From Octopus bimaculoides (taxonomy: Eukaryota), in the NCBI RefSeq assembly GCF_001194135.2, contig NC_068987.1, forward strand, positions 91,782,363 through 91,846,241: 63,879 nt of DNA, written 5' to 3'. Shown here piece after piece: positions 10,823 through 23,711 of the stretch. Within the stretch, counting starts at the first letter, position 1; the number at the start of each line of letters is the position of its first letter. The notes beneath the pieces were generated by a model that searched no databases, was not told the DNA's origin, and saw only the letters and a program-made list of their open reading frames with translations. The position numbers and the translations under genes are program-made.

Positions 10823-11577
10823 ATGTATTTATGTAGATGTATATACATGTAACACATACATTAGCGTATGTATCAATATCTCTTTTTAATATATCCGAAT
10901 TTCAGCATAAATACACAGACTAACAGAAGCGTCATACATGTGTGTGCGCGTATGTGTGTGTGTGTGTATGTGTGTGTTTGTGTGTGCACGTGTGTGTAGT
11001 TTGAAACTAGAAAGATACGTTGAAAAGTAAATTGAAAACTATCGTAAAACACTACTAACTCATCAACAACAACTTTAAAACCGACAACAACAACAATCAT
11101 TAAAAAAACCCGAAACCAAAGATAACTTATAACAAATACAAGAACGCCATTATATTAGGAAGGGAGCTAACTCTGGACAGAGGTTACTTTTTTTCAGTTA
11201 ACGATGATACAGTGAAATTCCCCGAACTCTAATAAATCAGTTTCGAAACATCAAGGCTTGACATTTATATCTCCCAACACTACGGATATAACTCTATTTC
11301 CTAAAACAAACTACACTAATATTGCTTCTGCTGCTGATGCTGCTGTTGTTGTTATTTATTTTTGTCTCAAGTTCGTGTTCGACCAGGAATATTTATCTCA
11401 AATTATTGTAGTTGAAACTAGAAAAAACAAACTTTATGAGAGAAGCGTCATGATGTCCATTTAACGTACATACCAGCTGTTATATCTTTTTGTTTTTTAT
11501 TTGCAATTGTATTAAATAAAAATACGTATTAAATTACTTCATTGTATATGTGAGACAACCTACAAGAACCCCTTTTC

Positions 11578-11892
11578 CAGTGTAACTTCTTTAAGGTATA
11601 ATACAGCAGACTATTCACGACCAGTTCGTCGATGTCCACCGATATATGACTCATAAATAATAATATAGAAAAAAGTAAAAATAAAGTAAATAATATATAA
11701 AATAATGTATATTATGGAGATGTACTTGCATAGCAAGTGACCTGATCTGAAATCGTGTGCTGGAAGGAAAACAATTGCAGCATGTTAAGTGTTTTGTCAA
11801 TGAACAGGTCGCAGTCTCAAAGCGACGAAAATATTTTGGCAAATTAAATACAAATGTTAAACTATATTAAAATTCAATAAAAGGCTACACTG
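11578..11892. mobile_element. Possible MITE with short CAGTGTA termini
   Basis: cagtgtaacttctt at 11578 vs reverse complement of right end cagtgtagcctttt: 11/14 match; no TSD visible. Confidence 0.35.
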
Positions 11893-11895
11893 TGG

Positions 11896-12038
11896 TGGTC
11901 AACTGGCAGAATCGTTATCACGCCGGGCAGAATGCTTAGCGGCATTTTGTCTCGCTTTACGTCCGGAGTTCATTTTCCTCTGAGGTCCACTGTGCCTTTC
12001 ATCCCTTCAGGGTAGATTAAACGAGTACCAGTTGAGCA
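11896..12038 (+). mobile_element. SINE family B, diverged
   Basis: ctggcagaatcgttatcacgccgggcagaatgcttagcggc...gaggtccactgtgcctttcatcccttcaggg...gagtaccagttgagc followed by an A-tract. Confidence 0.8.
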
Positions 12039-14306
12039 GAAAAAAAAAAAAAAAAATTTAGTGGTTTTGATCAAAAATTTGAAATCAGTATAATAACCGG
12101 TACTTATAATGCAAAGATTATGGAAATGAAAATATGGCTAAGATATATAACAGGAAATGTGTTTGGTTAAGAAAAAAGCTAAACAAAAAGAACTATTAAG
12201 ATCTTAGAGTAATCTTATCGCAAGCTAGCGTGAGAGGAACAAAAGTATTTCTGTAATTTTAGACCGGAGTATTTGGCTTTTTTTCATTGTTATATCTTCG
12301 AGGCTACTGGATGGTGCTTGTAGCAATGAAGCAGGAATAATAGCAGGAATGATGTCAAGTCAAACAGTGGGAAAATACCAACAAAATTAATACATTTTTT
12401 TTGTTGTTGTTTGAGAGAAACAACATTTTGTGAAACATTTTTTCTTCTGTATGTTTCCCCGTACATTTTCTTTGATTAAATGAAGTGCCAGTTATTAGTT
12501 GCAGAAGATATGAAATAAAGCAGATTTATAAAATGACGCCACAATATGTATGACCACTGATACGACAAGTATCAACGGTGATCGCCCCTGTATTGGAAAA
12601 CAAAAACACAATGAAATATTGTTGAGCCTGCCGCAATAATCCTAATGTCTGGAATTGCAATTCAGCTTTTATAACCTACGTGAAAAATATATAACCTACT
12701 GAAAAATTGAATCTTATATATATTCTTTTTAGCAACGTCAGTCTGTTGTTCTAATCAACAGTATATTATCATTTTCTTGTGAACTCAATTTTGATAAACG
12801 ACTGAAATTATTGTTTTCAATTCAATTTGATCTCAAATGTTATTTTTGAAGCTCATAGAACCTACATAACTGCGTTTGATCTTTCGTAAAAAATGCTTCT
12901 TGTTTATGGAATATACAGAACAGTTTTCGCCTCGTCGATATCGTAGTGAAATCTTAACCGTTTGACTAGGCATTTCATTCGACCATCTTCGATAAAATAG
13001 GTATCAATGATATACTGATGGTGATGTAATAGATTACACCATTCTTTTTCCATAATTTGCCTCATGCTAAAGTAAGGAATCTGTTTTAGAGAAACTTGCA
13101 TTTTATATGTCTATGTGTTCAAGTTTGTTTCTCATAACACTTTCATTCACATTATGTATGTCTTTATTCTGATGCTTATCATTCTAAATATTGCCATATA
13201 TCAAGAAAGTTATGCACTAAGACCTCGTATCTATAAAGTATAGAAGGGTGATCTCGTAAAACAAATCCTATCTAGTGCCAACATCAACAGAAGAAAACGT
13301 CCACAGACGACGCCACCCTCACAAACGGTCTCGCGTATCGGCAATGATATACGGTATGAGTGCATATTAAAAATATATTGTTATTTGTACGTTCTACAAG
13401 AGTTAACAAACCATTATAAACCAACCTACCCATCAATAAAGCAATATTTAACAGGAACAACATCAATGCAAACCATAACTCTTACCGATCCACCTTTCAC
13501 ACATACCCTCCACCACCAATGCCACGACTACCGCCACCATCATCATTATCATTATCACCAGCAATAAAATCAGCAGCTCGGCGAAATAAACGTTTCAACC
13601 ATCTTCACCATGCTCAATATAAGTATATCGTTCTCCATTAATCATTTCGAATCTTGAAAAAGATCAGCCTCTAGGTTATTAACCAGTGTTTTCTATGTTC
13701 ATACGGAAGCGATATTTAGGGAGAAATAAAGAAAAGAGAAGATAGAGAGAGAAAAAAAAAGAGGGAAACGATTGAAAGAGAGAGAGAGGGGGGGGAGAGA
13801 TAGAGAGAAGAGGAAGAAAGAGAAAGTGGAAAGATATAGAATATGAGATATATTCATTTGTGATAAAAGAGAAAATGAAAGGAGTAAATTCCAAACAAGG
13901 AAGATAGGGAAATAATGTCGGTGTTATATAAACACTATAAGCGATCATTTCTTTGTATTTCTGCACAAGATACTTCAGGCTCTCACTTGGCCGCGAATAG
14001 GTAATGCTGGCTTCCAAATGCTGATGCCTCATCCCTCAACGAATTTGCCGCTCAACAAGCTAACACAGAAGAATGGATGAATAACAAGAGGAAATGAATA
14101 AATAAGCCGGGCATTAAGCATGAGACCAATATTCTACAAAGCGCATACAAACATACGATGCGAGGTTTCTTGCTCGCAGTTAAACTGTTAGTGAGCTATC
14201 CAATTCAAATTTTCGCATTATATTAATGCATTTATGCAATGCAGTTCGTTCTACTTTACTCTTCATTGTAATTACTCTATACTTATATATATCTATATCT
14301 ATATCT

Positions 14307-14342
<36 letters not shown>

Positions 14343-15931
14343 TTATATATAATTTAGATTCAGATGACTATCGTACTTAAGCTGAGGCGTCAGAATTTAC
14401 TACAGTATTATGCATACAATTTCAAAATAAGGTGATTAAAATCAAAATAAGCAATAAAGAGTACATTTACATACATAAATGCATATATATATATATATNN
14501 NNNNNNNNNNNNNNNNNNNNNNNNNNNNNNNNNNNNNNNNNNNNNNNNNNNNNNNNNNNNNNNNNNNNNNNNNNNNNNNNNNNNNNNNNNNNNNNNNNNN
14601 NNNNNNNNNNNNNNNNNNNNNNNNNNNNNNNNNNNNNNNNNNNNNNNNNNNNNNNNNNNNNNNNNNNNNNNNNNNNNNNNNNNNNNNNNNNNNNNNNNNN
14701 NNNNNNNNNNNNNNNNNNNNNNNNNNNNNNNNNNNNNNNNNNNNNNNNNNNNNNNNNNNNNNNNNNNNNNNNNNNNNNNNNNNNNNNNNNNNNNNNNNNN
14801 NNNNNNNNNNNNNNNNNNNNNNNNNNNNNNNNNNNNNNNNNNNNNNNNNNNNNNNNNNNNNNNNNNNNNNNNNNNNNNNNNNNNNNNNNNNNNNNNNNNN
14901 NNNNNNNNNNNNNNNNNNNNNNNNNNNNNNNNNNNNNNNNNNNNNNNNNNNNNNNNNNNNNNNNNNNNNNNNNNNNNNNNNNNNNNNNNNNNNNNNNNNN
15001 NNNNNNNNNNNNNNNNNNNNNNNNNNNNNNNNNNNNNNNNNNNNNNNNNNNNNNNNNNNNNNNNNNNNNNNNNNNNNNNNNNNNNNNNNNNNNNNNNNNN
15101 NNNNNNNNNNNNNNNNNNNNNNNNNNNNNNNNNNNNNNNNNNNNNNNNNNNNNNNNNNNNNNNNNNNNNNNNNNNNNNNNNNNNNNNNNNNNNNNNNNNN
15201 NNNNNNNNNNNNNNNNNNNNNNNNNNNNNNNNNNNNNNNTATATATATATGTATATATATATATATCCTTACCTATATGTCTAAATAGAGAGTGAGAGAG
15301 AAACGATGATAAAATAAATATATTTTTACATCCCTACATATATATTTATACACGTATGCTCGTAGTACGTCCACGTGCACACATATGCATATATATGTAT
15401 ATAAGCAATATTGAACCCCGTATCCTTATGTATAAGTCGTTCGCCCGCTCCTTCTGAGCCAAAACGAATCCGTCCAACAAAGCAGTCTATAGTTATATCC
15501 AAAAGCCTGGAAGTGAAAACAGCTATTTTGAGTTTGAGCGAGCAAGTAATGAGATAAGGGACGTGGTTTCTCTGTTGCGGTCACGTGCTCACGTTCGGCC
15601 GTCATGACGTACCGCTTGATTTAGAATGTTGGTCCGATTGCCTGTCACCTGTGTTAATTGCGTTAGCCTTTTATTCAGTACCACCATTTTGAATCACTGC
15701 CAAAGACATTAGCTGCCCAAAGACTTCTTGCAAATACCCAACGTCTTACACATACAAATAGTCTTCATTTACGTGTATGAGAGTGTCTGCGTGTGTGTGT
15801 ATGTGTGTGTATTTGTAAGCGTGTGTAAACCTAACATACGTGTGTATATACGATACATACACATTATTTGTCGAATATAGCTATACAAGCATATAATACA
15901 TACATATATANNNNNNNNNNNNNNNNNNNNN

Positions 15932-15965
<34 letters not shown>

Positions 15966-16257
15966 TACATATACCCTTACACATATATACAATAATTTAA
16001 CTAGAATTGGCTCTAGTGCGAACATACAAACAGCTGGATGCATGAATATTGAATATATGTGTGTGTGAGAGTGTGTGTGTGTGAGAGTGTGTGTGTGAGA
16101 GTGTGTGTGTGTGTGAGAGAGAGAGTGTGTGTGTGTGTGTGTATACACAGCAGTCGCTGTTACAGACACGCATATATACATACACAAAAGTGTGTATTTG
16201 TATGCGTTTATAAAATGTTTATGTATTCATCAACTTGCTTATTTTTCATTCACATCA

Positions 16258-16311
<54 letters not shown>

Positions 16312-17226
16312 ACAGACACATATATATACACACACATATACACACAAATACACACANNNNNNNNNNNNNNNNNNNNNNNNNNNNNNNNNNNNNNNNNNNN
16401 NNNNNNNNNNNNNNNNNNNNNNNNNNNNNNNNNNNNNNNNNNNNNNNNNNNNNNNNNNNNNNNNNNNNNNNNNNNNNNNNNNNNNNNNNNNNNNNNNNNN
16501 NNNNNNNNNNNNNNNNNNNNNNNNNNNNNNNNNNNNNNNNNNNNNNNNNNNNNNNNNNNNNNNNNNNNNNNNNNNNNNNNNNNNNNNNNNNNNNNNNNNN
16601 NNNNNNNNNNNNNNNNNNNNNNNNNNNNNNNNNNNNNNNNNNNNNNNNNNNNNNNNNNNNNNNNNNNNNNNNNNNNNNNNNNNNNNNNNNNNNNNNNNNN
16701 NNNNNNNNNNNNNNNNNNNNNNNNNNNNNNNNNNNNNNNNNNNNNNNNNNNNNNNNNNNNNNNNNNNNNNNNNNNNNNNNNNNNNNNNNNNNNNNNNNNN
16801 NNNNNNNNNNNNNNNNNNNNNNNNNNNNNNNNNNNNNNNNNNNNNNNNNNNNNNNNNNNNNNNNNNNNNNNNNNNNNNNNNNNNNNNNNNNNNNNNNNNN
16901 NNNNNNNNNNNNNNNNNNNNNNNNNNNNNNNNNNNNNNNNNNNNNNNNNNNNNNNNNNNNNNNNNNNNNNNNNNNNNNNNNNNNNNNNNNNNNNNNNNNN
17001 NNNNNNNNNNNNNNNNNNNNNNNNNNNNNNNNNNNNNNNNNNNNNNNNNNNNNNNNNNNNNNNNNNNNNNNNNNNNNNNNNNNNNNNNNNNNNNNNNNNN
17101 NNNNNNNNNNNNNNNNNNNNNNNNNNNNNNNNNNNNNNNNNNNNNNNNNNNNNNNNNNNNNNNNNNNNNNNNNNNNNNNNNNNNNNNNNNNNNNNNNNNN
17201 NNNNNNNNNNNNNNNNNNNNNNNNNN

Positions 17227-17275
<49 letters not shown>

Positions 17276-17909
17276 CACGTATACACAAACCCCGTCTATA
17301 TAATATAACTTTTGAAATTGCAAGTTTCAGGAGATGTCTTCCTTTGCTGGATTTCACTCCTAATCGTTTTGCTGTTATCCAACCAGCGTTGCTTCTTATA
17401 ATGGTCTTAGTCAGAAAAGGTTGACAGCTTTTCATGGGAACTCTTCCAACAATTAACTGTCTGCTGCTGTTAGATGTCAGATACGGATGTTTCCTATTTT
17501 ATTTACTCCCACGCCTATTTCATTCACTATTTTTTTTCTTTCTTCCTTTCTCTTTCTGTTTGTTTACCTTGTTTTCGGGGGGTTTTTTTTGCTCTTTGGT
17601 CCGTGGTAGCTTTTTTTTTACCTTTTCTCGTTGTTGATGGCCTCAATCATTATGACTCACTTTAACGCGCTCCCACTATCTTTTTATTAAGTTTTTATTT
17701 GTTGGTGTATTTTTATATAATACACTAGAAAGTGAGAGTCAGCGCTCCACACCAGGTTGTATCGTTGTTTTAGTGTGGCAGCATTGGTTTATTGTTGTGG
17801 CGCTCTTATATCTTTGACGCACAACTGTAGAATATTTTCATTTCGTGTTTGGAATCATTTTTTAAATTTGTTCTGCAAGGTTCTTGATGTGAACTCGAAT
17901 GAATTAATA

Positions 17910-18270
17910 TTCGTTTCAAATTTTGGCACAAGAATTTCAGACGTGGTAGGGTAAGTCGGTTACAGGACCCTAGTACTTAAATGGTACTTTTTTTTTATCT
18001 CATCGACCCCGAAAGGATGAGAGCCAAATTCAACCTCGGTGGAATTTGAACTTAGAATGTAAAGACGGACAAATTCCCGCTAAGCACTTTGTCCGAGATA
18101 CTAACGATTCTGCCGGCTCACCGCCTTCCTCTCTTCCTTATATTGGCTTCAAATTTTGGCACAACGCCAGCAGTATTAGGAGAGAGGCTAAGATAACCCC
18201 ATCGGCCCCAGTGATCAACTCGTAATGTATTGACCCTGAAAGGATGAAATGCAAAGTCAACCCCGGCGGC
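17910..18270 (-). mobile_element. Two tandem SINE family B copies (17910-18124 and 5'-truncated 18142-18270)
   Basis: Reverse complement of head (ctaacgattctgccggctcacc), B-box (gaatttgaact), core (atcgaccccgaaaggatga); shared tail ttcaaattttggcaca twice. Confidence 0.8.
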
Positions 18271-18305
18271 TATTCTTCTTATATTAATAACAGAAGAGAA
18301 AATCA

Positions 18306-18362
<57 letters not shown>

Positions 18363-18707
18363 TGTTTATTGGCATAATGACTCTTTTGTATTATTATCAT
18401 TTGAGAGTAACACGTTTTAGAAGCTTAAAGTTTGCAAATCCACTCAACTTTGGGGAATTTCCTTAAAATGATATTAAGATGATTAATTTTTCATTATTCT
18501 TTCCAGCCTTTTACGTCCTACATTCAAAGGCCCGACATAACATTGAATACCTTGTCCACCAACTCATGTGTAATCTATCTTTTTATTTACATTACGTAAT
18601 GTCTGAGCAATTAGATTGGAACACGTGATATTAATTATTTCGTTTCCCTTGTAAATTGAAATTCTAGACAGTGTAACTTCTAACTTTTCTAACTCCCGAT
18701 TCAATAA

Positions 18708-18975
18708 TTCCGTGACCACGTGATCAGCCAGACTAATCGGATGTTGTAATGCATCACTGGTCAGAATGCGCTTTGCATCGTTTTAGTTTTCGAAAGATGC
18801 CACTCCGCTGGCCAGAAGGGCAAGTCTACATTGCCACCTGATCAAAAGGGTAGTCCGTTGCAGGGTTATCTATTTCCATCTGAGTGCACCAGAGCAATGT
18901 CAAATAAAGTTGGGTCCGGGAATCGAACCTACGATCTGGCAATCGTGAGTGCCACTACCTAGCAACAAGACCACG
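18708..18975 (-). mobile_element. SINE family C (tRNA head, tail ending cacgtgatcacgtg)
   Basis: B-box GGTTCGATTCC (18929-18919); tail aaacgatgcaaagcgcattctgaccagtgatgc matches 31520-31600. Confidence 0.75.
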
Positions 18976-20279
18976 TGACTTCACAAGTCAATAACACTTG
19001 TTCAATTGATGTAATTGAGTCAATGAGCAATATATCGTAACTATATATTTGTGACCTTGAAAGATAAATATTTATATCTGCGATCGATGTATGATCTATA
19101 TATTTACTAACATCTACAGAAATGAACACAAACGCGTTTGAGACATTTTGGCGTCGCTGCTTCAGCGCTGACTTGTTTGGACATCAGACATTTTAATACT
19201 TCTCGTTTGACTGTTTCTTTCGTTTTATCCTTCCATCTCTACATCTCCCCCTCTCTGCCTTCTCGCTTCCTTCCCCACTCTCTGCCTTCTCCCTCTCTTC
19301 CCCATCTCTCAGTTTATGTTTGTGAACGTTTTTATCTTTATGTGTGTGAGAAGAAGTAATATGTTTGTGTCAATTGTGTTCAATCAATAAATTGTAACGT
19401 CTGTCTCTCCCTCTTTCCTCCTCTCCATCTCAAACTCTCTATCTGTATGCATATATTTCTGCGCGTGCGTGCGTGTGTGTTTATCTCCAGTGCCAAAAAT
19501 TACTGTTTCCAGAACCAGCTGAATGCACCTTCACCCGTGCCAAATCATCAGCACCAAAAAGCTGCGCCCAATCGTCTCATATCCATACAAGCTAACGCTT
19601 CACATGTTGTGTAGCCATTTAAATGAACTTCAGTAGCTCATTATTAATTAATCTTTAGATCTACGAATTCGATCAAAGCGTGGTTGAAACGCTGAAAGCA
19701 ACAATATTGTAACAAGACAGGACAAGACAGTTCGTTAGACATTCTACACTTTGTGGTAATTACTTTCCTTCGATGATATAAATACCATAAACTGAGTCGT
19801 ACAACACATATATCTTTAAATGTAAAATTGCCATTATCTTTTAATACTCTAAAAAGATTGGCATTGTCTACGTGCAGGTGTAAGAAAAAAAAATAGTAAC
19901 ACACATCACCCATGCTCATACATAAAGGTAAGTTTTGTTGTATTTTCCGGTTATCGTACATTTCAACATTTCGACATAAAAAAATAGTTGGAAAAGGCTT
20001 CGAGAGAAGAAAATCTCAGCTGTCGCTGTGGCTACATTGCTGTAACTTATGGAAGTTGTTTGTATGAGTATCATGGTTTTGCACCTCACTTATTGACCGG
20101 TCACCGGGGCAAGAATGATTTGAGCTTGAATAATTCAGTACTCGAAGCATTAAAGGGAATCAGTGAGATTTGGAAAAGTTTCAACTGCGAATACTTTTTT
20201 CTTTGACACGAAGTATTCATATATGTCGAATTTATGTCCTTTATTTTATATATTTATGAAAGAAACTGTATTTTATAGG

Positions 20280-20780
20280 GGTGGGTGTTGAATAAGAAGC
20301 TGGCTTCCCAATCACATGGTCCTAGGTTCAGTCCCACTGTGAAGAACCTTGCGCGAGTGCTTTTTACTGTAACTTTGAGTTGACCAAAGCTACANNNNNN
20401 NNNNNNNNNNNNNNNNNNNNNNNNNNNNNNNNNNNNNNNNNNNNNNNNNNNNNNNNNNNNNNNNNNNNNNNNNNNNNNNNNNNNNNNNNNNNNNNNNNNN
20501 NNNNNNNNNNNNNNNATATATGTATGTATGTGTGTGTGTGTGTGTATGTGTGTGTGTGTGTGTATGTGTGTGTGTGTGTCATTGAGTTTGTTCATCACCA
20601 TCACTTGACAACCGATGTTGGTGTTTACATACCGTACTTAGCGGTTCAGCAAAAGACACCCGTAGAATAATTACCAGGCTTTGAAATATAAGCATTGGGG
20701 TCAATTCGCTCGGGTATAATTCTTGAAGGCGTTACCCTAGTATGGCCGCTGTCTAATCATTGAAAGAATTTGAAAGATGT
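20280..20780 (+). mobile_element. SINE family A, diverged, central microsatellite partly in gap
   Basis: Head aagaagctggcttcccaatcacatggtcctaggttcagtcccactg; tail cttgacaaccgatgttggtg...cttagcggttcagcaaaag...tatggccgctgtctaatcattgaaag. Confidence 0.8.
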
Positions 20781-20863
20781 TTTCACATTTGCGTTTATTT
20801 TAATCAATATAAGAACAATTTATATAAGCGTGTGTGCATGTGAGGGTTTAATGTTCTCTACGT

Positions 20864-21278
20864 TTTACTCTTTTACTTGTTTCAGTCATTTGACTGCGGC
20901 CATGCAGGAGCACCACCTTTAGTCGAGCAAATCGACCCCATGACTTATTCTTTGTAAGCCTAGTACTTATTCTATCGGTCTCTTTTGCCGAACCGCTAGT
21001 TTACGGGGACGTAAACACACCAGCATCGGTTGTCGAGCGATGTTGGGGGGGGGCAAACACAGACACACAAACACACACGCATATATATATATACATATAC
21101 ATATATACGACGGGATTCTTTCAGTTTTCGTCTACCAAATACACTCAAATACCCTCAAAAGGCTTTGGCCGGCCTGAGGTTATTGGAGAAGACACTTGCC
21201 GAAGGTGCTACGCAGTAGGACTGAACCCGGAACCACGTGGTTGGTAAGCAAGCTACTTACCACACAGCCACTCCTGCG
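20864..21278 (-). mobile_element. SINE family A, full-length well-preserved copy
   Basis: Minus strand: cgcaggagtggctgtgtggtaagtagcttgcttaccaacc...ccgggttcagtcctactgcg (tRNA-like head), (TA/TG)n centre, tail ...gcatggccgcagtcaaatgactgaaacaagtaaaagag. Confidence 0.92.
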
Positions 21279-21439
21279 TCCTCATCTTGTTTGTTGTTAA
21301 CACCTTTCGGCTGATATACCCCCACCGCCTTCATCAGGTGTCTTGATGAAAGCCGGAGAGTATATCAGCCGAAATGTTGTGTTAACAACAAACAAGATGA
21401 GGACAAATATCCGTCAAATGTAAATAAGTTAAATAATGT
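21278..21439. mobile_element. Head-to-head palindrome of family H body with a degenerate hammerhead motif on each strand
   Basis: Perfect 26 bp arms 21278-21303 / 21379-21404; inner 15 bp tttcggctgatatac pairs with gtatatcagccgaaa; CTGATGA on minus at 21337-21331, TTGATGA on plus at 21343-21349; right arm continues into the tail to 21439. Confidence 0.9.
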
Positions 21440-22358
21440 ATTTTAGATCTTGTCCTCGAAGGAGCAAATCTTGAAATTTATCTTGTTGATATTTTGAACA
21501 CAGAATGTAACTATTACCTGAAAGATATTTTTTCTGATGATGTAGCGATTCTGGCAGTTCACCGACACAGGTTAGCGTGTTCACACAGGTACTTCATCTC
21601 ATATCTCAGTAGTCTAGTTGAAGCCATAGTGTTAATAGAGATGGTGAGAGTTGATAAAATAATATCCATGTTGCAGTATACCACATTTGTGTCATATTAT
21701 TATACCGTAGAAACCTTTCATTGTCACCGTTACATTGACCAGATCCATCATTTTAACTATTTATGTTTTTTTTTGTGTGTTTTGTTTTTGTGTTCTAGGA
21801 TAAGTGATGGGGACGAGGTTATTTTATTCTTCCGACTTTAAAAGCTGTGGTGTGTATTTAAGAAGGCGTATAGAAAGATGGTTTGAGAATTCTAGGCTGC
21901 TATTTCATGATTTGGTCACGAGAGATGTAGTAGAATCGCTTTAACTTAACGAGGTATGTGCATGCTACAAACTGACCCACGATGTGTAATTTTCTTCACC
22001 ACAATTCCTACGTAGGGATGTTAAGATTGATGAGGTGGGTTTATAAAAGTATAGCAACTGTCAAATTAAACGGGGAAGAAGGGGTACAGGGAAAGAACGA
22101 AAGAAAGAGAGATAAGAGAGAGGGAGAGGTGAAGGAAAGAAAAATAGGGAAAAAGAGGTTTAAAGATGCGGTAAGTGAGAAACGATAGAGTTACAGGTAC
22201 ATATAGACAAACACATATACGTGCACACACTGGCACGCAGACGTGCGTGCACGTGGACTCATACGTATATGTGTGTGTGTGGTATGTGTGTGTGTGTGTG
22301 TGGTATGTTTGTGTATATATATATGTATATATACATATATACATACATATATACATAC

Positions 22359-22405
<47 letters not shown>

Positions 22406-23294
22406 NNNNNNNNNNNNNNNNNNNNNNNNNNNNNNNNNNNNNNNNNNNNNNNNNNNNNNNNNNNNNNNNNNNNNNNNNNNNNNNNNNNNNNNNNNNNNNN
22501 NNNNNNNNNNNNNNNNNNNNNGTGTGTGTGTGGTATGTGTGTGTGTGTGTGTGGTATGTTTGTGTATATATATATGTATATACATACACACATATATGAT
22601 TGTGTATGTGAAAAGTGGCCGTAGATAGAATTTCGAAAACGTAAGATTGATGACGTGACTGTAAACAAATATATAGAAAATGTAAAACAGGTTGAATGAA
22701 AAATAAGGTGAAAAGAGACAGAAACAGACGTAAAGAGAAATATGGAGAGAGCTGGAGGGATGCATATAAATAGAAGTGGAAATAATATATATGTATACAG
22801 ATAGATAAATGAGTATAGATAGATATATAGATAGATAGGTTGCGGTTAACGAGAAAGAGGTAAAGACCGGCAGACAGAGAAGGGGAGATAAATATGAATA
22901 TTAGGAAAATTGAAAAATTAACAGAAAGAGAACAATGAATAGTAATGTATTGGAAGACATTTGTATGATGTTTGTAGTTATTCCTTTTGTGCACTGATGT
23001 CTGCCACTTGTTTTTCTATCTCTGTATTTGCCTTTGCTTGTCTACCTGCTTTCATGATGTCTGTCTTTCGCCGAATGAAAGACAGAAGCCAAGAAAGTCA
23101 GAGAGTGAAACAAGAAGACATAGGAAGAAGGGAGAGAAGGTGTGGTGAGAGAGACGGGGAGACAGAGGGAGGGGCGGGGTGGAAATAGAAAATATACGAA
23201 ATGTTGTTAGCATGAAGTGATAAAATGGGTATAAAGTGAAATACTCTTCAAATTGTATGGGGTGGAGGAATGTACATACGGTTTGCAGTATTTC

Positions 23295-23408
23295 GTATGG
23301 CGTTAGGTTCTGTGTTCAAATTCTGCTGAGGTCGACTTCACCTTTCATACTTTCAGGGTCGATAAAATAAGTACCAATTGAACACTGGCCGATGTAATCA
23401 ACTTATCA
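23295..23408 (+). mobile_element. SINE family B fragment
   Basis: ttctgtgttcaaattctgctgaggtcgacttcacctttcatactttcagggtcgataaaataagtacc. Confidence 0.8.
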
Positions 23409-23641
23409 TTTGAAACCATTATTATTATTATTATTATTATCATCATCATCAACATTATTGCAATTATTATTATTATTGTTATTTTATTTTTTAATCCTTA
23501 CATGCTATGCTTATGTCCCTTTTTATCAGTTTATACCGTGTGTACTTACTTTTGCTGTTTGTCATTTCATATGTAAAACCCTACACTTTGTCTGTCATTG
23601 TATTGCCCCCTCATCAATCGCGGAAAATAAATGAAATCTTC

Positions 23642-23688
<47 letters not shown>

Positions 23689-23711
23689 TATTAGTATGAT
23701 AATTGTTATAA

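Noticed and set aside
12060-12660. Hydrophobic near-open minus-strand frames suggesting a decayed GPCR
   Set aside because: Multiple stops in all frames and no convincing DRY, NPxxY or GN motifs; AT-rich DNA readily gives hydrophobic translations.
21494-21841. 115 aa ORF
   Set aside because: No recognisable domain, starts at TTG, AT-biased composition and no clear splice support.
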